Assembly (NCBI GenBank): GCA_029821745.1
Contig: JALGSS010000102.1
Span: 1-10,124 of the forward strand
Origin: Candidatus Zipacnadia bacterium
Lineage (GTDB): Bacteria > Armatimonadota > Zipacnadia > Zipacnadales > JABUFB01
Reading direction: 5' to 3'
DNA length: 10,124 bases
In this document: positions 6,764 through 10,124 of the stretch, in pieces
Layout of the letters: each line of letters opens with the position of its first letter
How positions within the stretch are numbered: position 1 is the stretch's first letter
Position numbers and translations under genes: made by a program
Notes under the pieces: model-generated
Databases searched by the model: none
What the model was told of the DNA's origin: nothing
What the model saw: the letters and a program-made list of their open reading frames with translations, nothing else

Positions 6764-7645
6764 ATGGAATTGCTGGCCTGGTACAATCTGGTTTTCCTCG
6801 CGCCGATCGGGCTGGCGGGTGTTTATCTCATTCTCAGCGCCACGGGACTGGGTGGCCACGACGTTGATGCCGACGCCGATGCCGATCTGGACCTCGATCA
6901 CGACGTGGATGTGGATCTGGATCTCGACCACGACGTGGACGTGGACTTGGATCACGATGTCGATCTGGACCTGGACCATGACGTCGACGTCGACCTGGAC
7001 CATGATGTCGACGTGGACCTGGACCATGATGTCGACGTGGACCTGGACCATGACGTCGACGTGGATCACGACGTGGATGTTGACCACGATGTCGACGCCG
7101 AGCATCACGTGGCGCCGGAAGGCATCGAGCACGAGGCCTACGCCAGCCACGTGAGCGCGCACAGTGAGCACTCGCTGTTCATCCGGGCGCTGTCGGTGCT
7201 CGGGGTCGGGCGGGTGCCGGTGTCGATCCTACTGACCACCCTCATGGTGCTCTTCGGAGCGATTGGCCTGGTCTGCAACGGCCTGTTTGAACTCGTGCTG
7301 CCCTGGGAATGGGCCCCCAACATCTACGTGTGGCCCTCCATGGGTGTCGCATGTGTCGTGTCGCTCGTGCTGACCAGCAAGTTCGCCCGGCTGATGTACC
7401 GGGTCATGCCCACCAGTGAGACCTATGCGGTCAAGCCTGTCGAACTCGTCGGCCGGATCGGGGCGGCAGTCTACGAGCTCAGAGAAGGCGAGAAGGGCGT
7501 CGTCGACGTGAAGGATGAAGGTGGAACGTGGCAGCGGATCGCCGCGGAGTCCACCGAAGAGCAGATCGGGAAGGGCGAAGACGTCATCATAGTGCGATAC
7601 CACAGGGAGGGCGACTACTACGATGTCAGCCGCTCGCCTCTGTGA
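6764..7645 (+). CDS. NfeD-short / YqiJ-family membrane protein (flotillin partner) with expanded (Asp-X)n His-rich loop
   Basis: TM1 is LLAWYNLVFLAPIGLAGVYLILSATGL. An acidic repeat loop (residues ~32-115) follows. HSLFIRALSVLGVGRVPVSILL aligns with E. coli YqiJ [20 protein letters not shown] as I recall it. Two more TM segments follow. The C-terminal OB-fold NfeD domain is VKPVELVGRIGAAVYELREGEKGVVDVKDEGGTWQRIAAESTEEQIGKGEDVIIVRYHREGDYYDV (G..G.V...G.V.V...W.A...I..G..V.V pattern). RBS AAGGGAG lies 8 nt upstream. The start is 45 nt after the upstream gene. Confidence 0.8.
   Translation: MELLAWYNLVFLAPIGLAGVYLILSATGLGGHDVDADADADLDLDHDVDVDLDLDHDVDVDLDHDVDLDLDHDVDVDLDHDVDVDLDHDVDVDLDHDVDVDHDVDVDHDVDAEHHVAPEGIEHEAYASHVSAHSEHSLFIRALSVLGVGRVPVSILLTTLMVLFGAIGLVCNGLFELVLPWEWAPNIYVWPSMGVACVVSLVLTSKFARLMYRVMPTSETYAVKPVELVGRIGAAVYELREGEKGVVDVKDEGGTWQRIAAESTEEQIGKGEDVIIVRYHREGDYYDVSRSPL
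6860..7096 (+). repeat. In-frame tandem repeat encoding 79 residues of strictly alternating Asp-X (X = V/L/H/A), about nine 8-residue DHDVDVDL-type units; underlying 24-nt DNA repeat with two identical adjacent copies (6998..7021 and 7022..7045)
   Basis: Codon string is gac cat gat gtc gac gtg gac ctg repeated. Neighbouring copies differ only at synonymous third positions (gac/gat, gtc/gtg), while outer copies are more diverged. Confidence 0.9.
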
Positions 7646-7859
7646 GCTGAGGATGGGCCGGGCGCCGCTTCCGCCCCATGTCGGCAGGTTCAAGCCTGCG
7701 GTACGGGCCTGGCAGACGCGAGCTCTCCATCGCCTGCTGCGGCCTCAGTGGCGCGGAGCGAAGAGAGTCCGCGAGGCGCATCTGGTCCTGGACGTGGCCG
7801 CAGGGATGGCCGCCTACCTGGGCTCGGCCAACTTGCCGCCGCCCACCCAGAACTAGCCT

Positions 7860-7888
7860 TTGCGCGCCGGTAGCTGCAGTCGTCTAAA
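7860..7888 (+). promoter_or_regulatory. Weak candidate internal promoter for the flotillin gene: -35 TTGCGC (7860..7865), 17-bp spacer, -10 TCTAAA (7883..7888)
   Basis: Spacing is canonical, but both hexamers match only 4/6. A GC hairpin CGCCGCC-GTCAGAC-GGTGGCG (7892..7912) lies between it and the RBS AGGAGGG (7917..7923). Confidence 0.2.
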
Positions 7889-7930
7889 CCCGCCGCCGTC
7901 AGACGGTGGCGTCATCAGGAGGGAACTTCC

Positions 7931-9874
7931 GTGGCAATGGCAATTGGGATGGTGCTGTTAGGTCTTGGGATGATCATCGGCGGGGCGCAGTACGCCGTGA
8001 CCGACCGGATAAGTGGGTTGATCTTCATCGTCCTTGGGGCGCTAGTACTGGTAGCCGCGGCGATCGTCATCATCGTGGCGAAGCTGTACCAGCGAACCAG
8101 CGCGAACGAGGCGTTCGTGCGGACGGGTGTAGGTGGCCGGAGGGTAGTGCTCGACGGTGGCTGCATCGTGATACCGGTCGTCCACAGGGTCGTGCCGGTC
8201 TCCCTTGAGACGATGAAACTGGAGGTCGAGCGTGTCGCCGAGGATGCGCTCATCACGCAGGACAACCTGCGCTGCGACATCCGGGGAGAGTTCTACATCA
8301 AGGTGCAGGCGCAGGAAGACGACATTCTCAACGCGTCACGGTCCCTGGGTGACCGGTCCATCAACGCGGCGGCCGTGCGCGACCTGATCTTCGAAAAGCT
8401 CGTATCGGCGCTGCGTTCCGTGGCCGCGACGCGCGAACTGTCGCAGTTGCACACCGAGCGCGACGACTTCGCCGGCGCCGTGTCGGCCCTCGTCCGCGAG
8501 GACCTGAAGTCCAACGGTCTGACGCTTGAGTCCGTCACGATCTCCCGACTCGACCAAACGGACACGGACCGCCTCAACGCCGACAACGTGTTCGATGCCC
8601 AGGGCCTGCGGAAGATCGCAGAGATCACGCAGCAGGCCCGCGTCGAGCGCAACATGTATGAGCGAGATGCGGAGCGCGAAATCTCGAACAAGGACGTCGA
8701 CACTCGCAAGCAGGTGCTCGACTTCGAGAAGGACCAGGCGCAGGCTGTGGCGACCCAGCAGTCCGAGGTCGCCATCATCCAGGCCGAGAGAGCACGGCAA
8801 GCGGAGACGTACGAGATAGAGCAGCGCCTGCTCGTCGAGACGAAGGATATCTCCAAGGACCGGCAGGTTCAGGAAGCGGGCGTCGAGCGTGACTTGCAGG
8901 TCAATATCCGGAAGGTCGAGGCCGAGAAGGAGCTGATCGCGAAGGAGCAGGAACAGCAGACTGCGGACATCCTGCGCAACGAGGCGATCCAGACCGCCGA
9001 CGTCGAGCGCGAGCGGGCTGTGGAAGTCGCGACCCGCGAACAGCAGATCGCCGTGGCTGAGGCGGAGCAGCGCCGCGCGTTCGCTGAACAGGCCCAGCTC
9101 GACGCCGAAGCCCAGCGGGAGCAGGCAGCGCAGGAAGTCGTCACGGTTGAGGAAGTTGCCAAGGCCGACCGTGACAAGCGGGTCCAGGTCATCCTTGCTC
9201 AGCAGCAGGCGGAGCAGGAAAAGATCAAGCAGCAGATGGAAGCCGATATCGACGCGTACAAGAACGCTAAGGTGGCCGAAGGCGAGCAGCTCGCGACCCG
9301 GAGCCTTGCGGACGCCATCCGGACCAAGGCCGAAGCCGAGCGGGACGCCGCATCTCTCACCGCCGACGGCGAACAGGCCAAGCAGATGGTGCCCGTCAAC
9401 GTTCTCCGCGAGCAAGTCGCTGTTGACGCCACCCGCGTCCAGGACGTCGACGCCGCCAAGGTCGAGGTTCTGCGCAATGAGCTGAGCGCCAAGGCCGAGT
9501 ACGACCAGATTTCGGTCGAGCTCGAGAAGGCGCTGGCGCAGATCAACGCCAACAAGGAGGTCGGGGTCGCCTTCGCCGCCAGCTTCGGCGAGGCCTTCAG
9601 TCAGGCCGACCTGAACCTGTACGGCGACGCCAACATGCTCGGCACGGCCATGAGCTCCTTCACGAAGGCGGCCGGTATCGGCGCGTTCATGGACGGGATG
9701 AAGGAGACGATGCCCACAGGCGCCATCGAGACGGGCGCGGCCGCGCTTCAGGCGATGTTCCCGCAGTTGAAGCAGGCCATGGACGTCGTGACATCGGCCA
9801 AGGATGCAGAGCCGGAAGAGGCCGAGACGGACGAACCGCAGGCGCCGCCTACAGACACCGGCGAACCCGTGTAG
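7931..9874 (+). CDS. Flotillin-like SPFH/band-7 protein (YqiK / FloT family)
   Basis: GTG start 7 nt after AGGAGGG. There is an N-terminal membrane hairpin (GMVLLGLGMIIGG...LIFIVLGALVLVAAAIVIIV). YQRTSANEAFVRTGVGGRRVVLDGGCIVIPVVHRVVPVSLETMKLEVER is nearly identical in pattern to E. coli YqiK YRRASAEQAFVRTGLGGQKVVMSGGAIVMPIFHEIIPINMNTLKLEVSR. A long E/A/Q/R-rich coiled-coil flotillin region and C-terminal tail follow. 647 aa. Confidence 0.9.
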   Translation: MAMAIGMVLLGLGMIIGGAQYAVTDRISGLIFIVLGALVLVAAAIVIIVAKLYQRTSANEAFVRTGVGGRRVVLDGGCIVIPVVHRVVPVSLETMKLEVERVAEDALITQDNLRCDIRGEFYIKVQAQEDDILNASRSLGDRSINAAAVRDLIFEKLVSALRSVAATRELSQLHTERDDFAGAVSALVREDLKSNGLTLESVTISRLDQTDTDRLNADNVFDAQGLRKIAEITQQARVERNMYERDAEREISNKDVDTRKQVLDFEKDQAQAVATQQSEVAIIQAERARQAETYEIEQRLLVETKDISKDRQVQEAGVERDLQVNIRKVEAEKELIAKEQEQQTADILRNEAIQTADVERERAVEVATREQQIAVAEAEQRRAFAEQAQLDAEAQREQAAQEVVTVEEVAKADRDKRVQVILAQQQAEQEKIKQQMEADIDAYKNAKVAEGEQLATRSLADAIRTKAEAERDAASLTADGEQAKQMVPVNVLREQVAVDATRVQDVDAAKVEVLRNELSAKAEYDQISVELEKALAQINANKEVGVAFAASFGEAFSQADLNLYGDANMLGTAMSSFTKAAGIGAFMDGMKETMPTGAIETGAAALQAMFPQLKQAMDVVTSAKDAEPEEAETDEPQAPPTDTGEPV

Positions 9875-9936
9875 TCAGGTAAGTCGGCTGAGAGGCCTCC
9901 GGCAAGGCCGGAACCGGCCCGTTGTTGATGCACATG

Positions 9937-9973
9937 AGACGGGGCGCGAAGCAAGCGCCCCGTCTTCTTCGTT
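9937..9973 (+). terminator. Rho-independent terminator after the flotillin gene
   Basis: AGACGGGGCGC-gaagcaa-GCGCCCCGTCT is an 11-bp GC-rich stem with a 7-nt loop, followed by the T-rich tract TCTTCGTT. It lies 63 nt after the stop codon. Confidence 0.7.
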
Positions 9974-10021
9974 GGTGTGTAGATGGGCCGACTTCGCCCT
10001 TTCACGTTCGTTGTACCGTCG

Positions 10022-10124
10022 TCAATCATAGGTAACACATTGGTCGTGCTGCCATGCTTGTAGATGTTGTACCGGCGACCTCCATTTCAGAGTGCCGTGG
10101 GCGCGTTGGTGGTTGTAGTAGCGA
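10022..10124 (-). mobile_element. 3' end of a DDE transposase ORF (integrase-core/rve C-terminal motif); partial IS element entering from the right edge
   Basis: The minus-strand frame reads ...RYYNHQRAHGTLKWRSPVQHLQAWQHDQCVTYD* with stop at 10024..10022. The spacing Y-N-x2-R-x-H-x2-L-x4-P is exactly that of the conserved C-terminus of IS3/IS481-type transposases (YNxxRPHxxLGxxxP). Local GC is about 52-54% versus ~65% elsewhere, and third-position GC drops. Only 33 codons are visible. Confidence 0.45.

Noticed and set aside
6860-7096. Possible CRISPR array suggested by regular short repeats
   Set aside because: Repeats are contiguous with no unique spacers, have 24-nt period, and are in-frame inside a protein-coding gene. 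No cas genes are present.
6531-7171. 207-aa plus ORF (TWTWTM... Trp/Thr-rich) and 160-aa minus ORF (VHVDIMVQ...) across the tandem repeat
   Set aside because: These are frame-shifted or antisense shadows of the 24-nt coding repeat. The in-frame Asp-rich reading is continuous with bona fide TM and NfeD domains.
8336-9415. 359-aa minus-strand ORF (and 8293..8856, 8869..9192, 9199..9555) antisense to the flotillin gene
   Set aside because: These are the mirror of the E/A/Q/R-rich coiled-coil coding region (Leu/Arg/Asp-rich antisense). The flotillin frame has near-identity-level motif matches to YqiK.
9748-10038. 96-aa minus-strand ORF spanning the flotillin 3' end and terminator
   Set aside because: It runs straight through a strong rho-independent terminator hairpin and overlaps the flotillin C-terminus. 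It is a different frame from the transposase-like reading.

Overview
High-GC (~65%) bacterial chromosomal segment containing two divergently transcribed operons and flanking genes. Reading left to right: (1) the 5' two-thirds of guaA (GMP synthase) on the minus strand. Upstream of it lies a near-consensus sigma70-type promoter and an unusually long (~300 nt) untranslated leader carrying a perfect 18-bp palindrome. (2) A minus-strand, translationally coupled envelope-glycan operon: a Wzy_C/O-antigen-ligase-like membrane protein, a divergent thymidylate-synthase-family enzyme, a GlmU-like sugar-1-P nucleotidyltransferase/acetyltransferase, and a PAP2 phosphatase. Its own strong promoter sits in the divergent intergenic region. 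(3) A plus-strand operon encoding a PspA/IM30-like coiled-coil protein, an NfeD/YqiJ-family membrane protein and a flotillin (YqiK/FloT-like SPFH protein), ending in a clean rho-independent terminator. (4) Immediately after the terminator, a lower-GC stretch holding the 3' end of a DDE transposase on the minus strand, which suggests an IS boundary. The most unusual feature is in the NfeD/YqiJ-like protein. Its first periplasmic or cytoplasmic loop is expanded into a strictly alternating (Asp-X)~40 tract with His every ~8 residues (DHDVDVDL units). This tract is encoded by near-perfect 24-nt tandem DNA repeats. The other notable feature is a thymidylate-synthase-family enzyme embedded in a lipid-carrier/glycan operon. 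Many long alternative-frame ORFs in the supplied track are GC-driven artefacts overlapping these genes.
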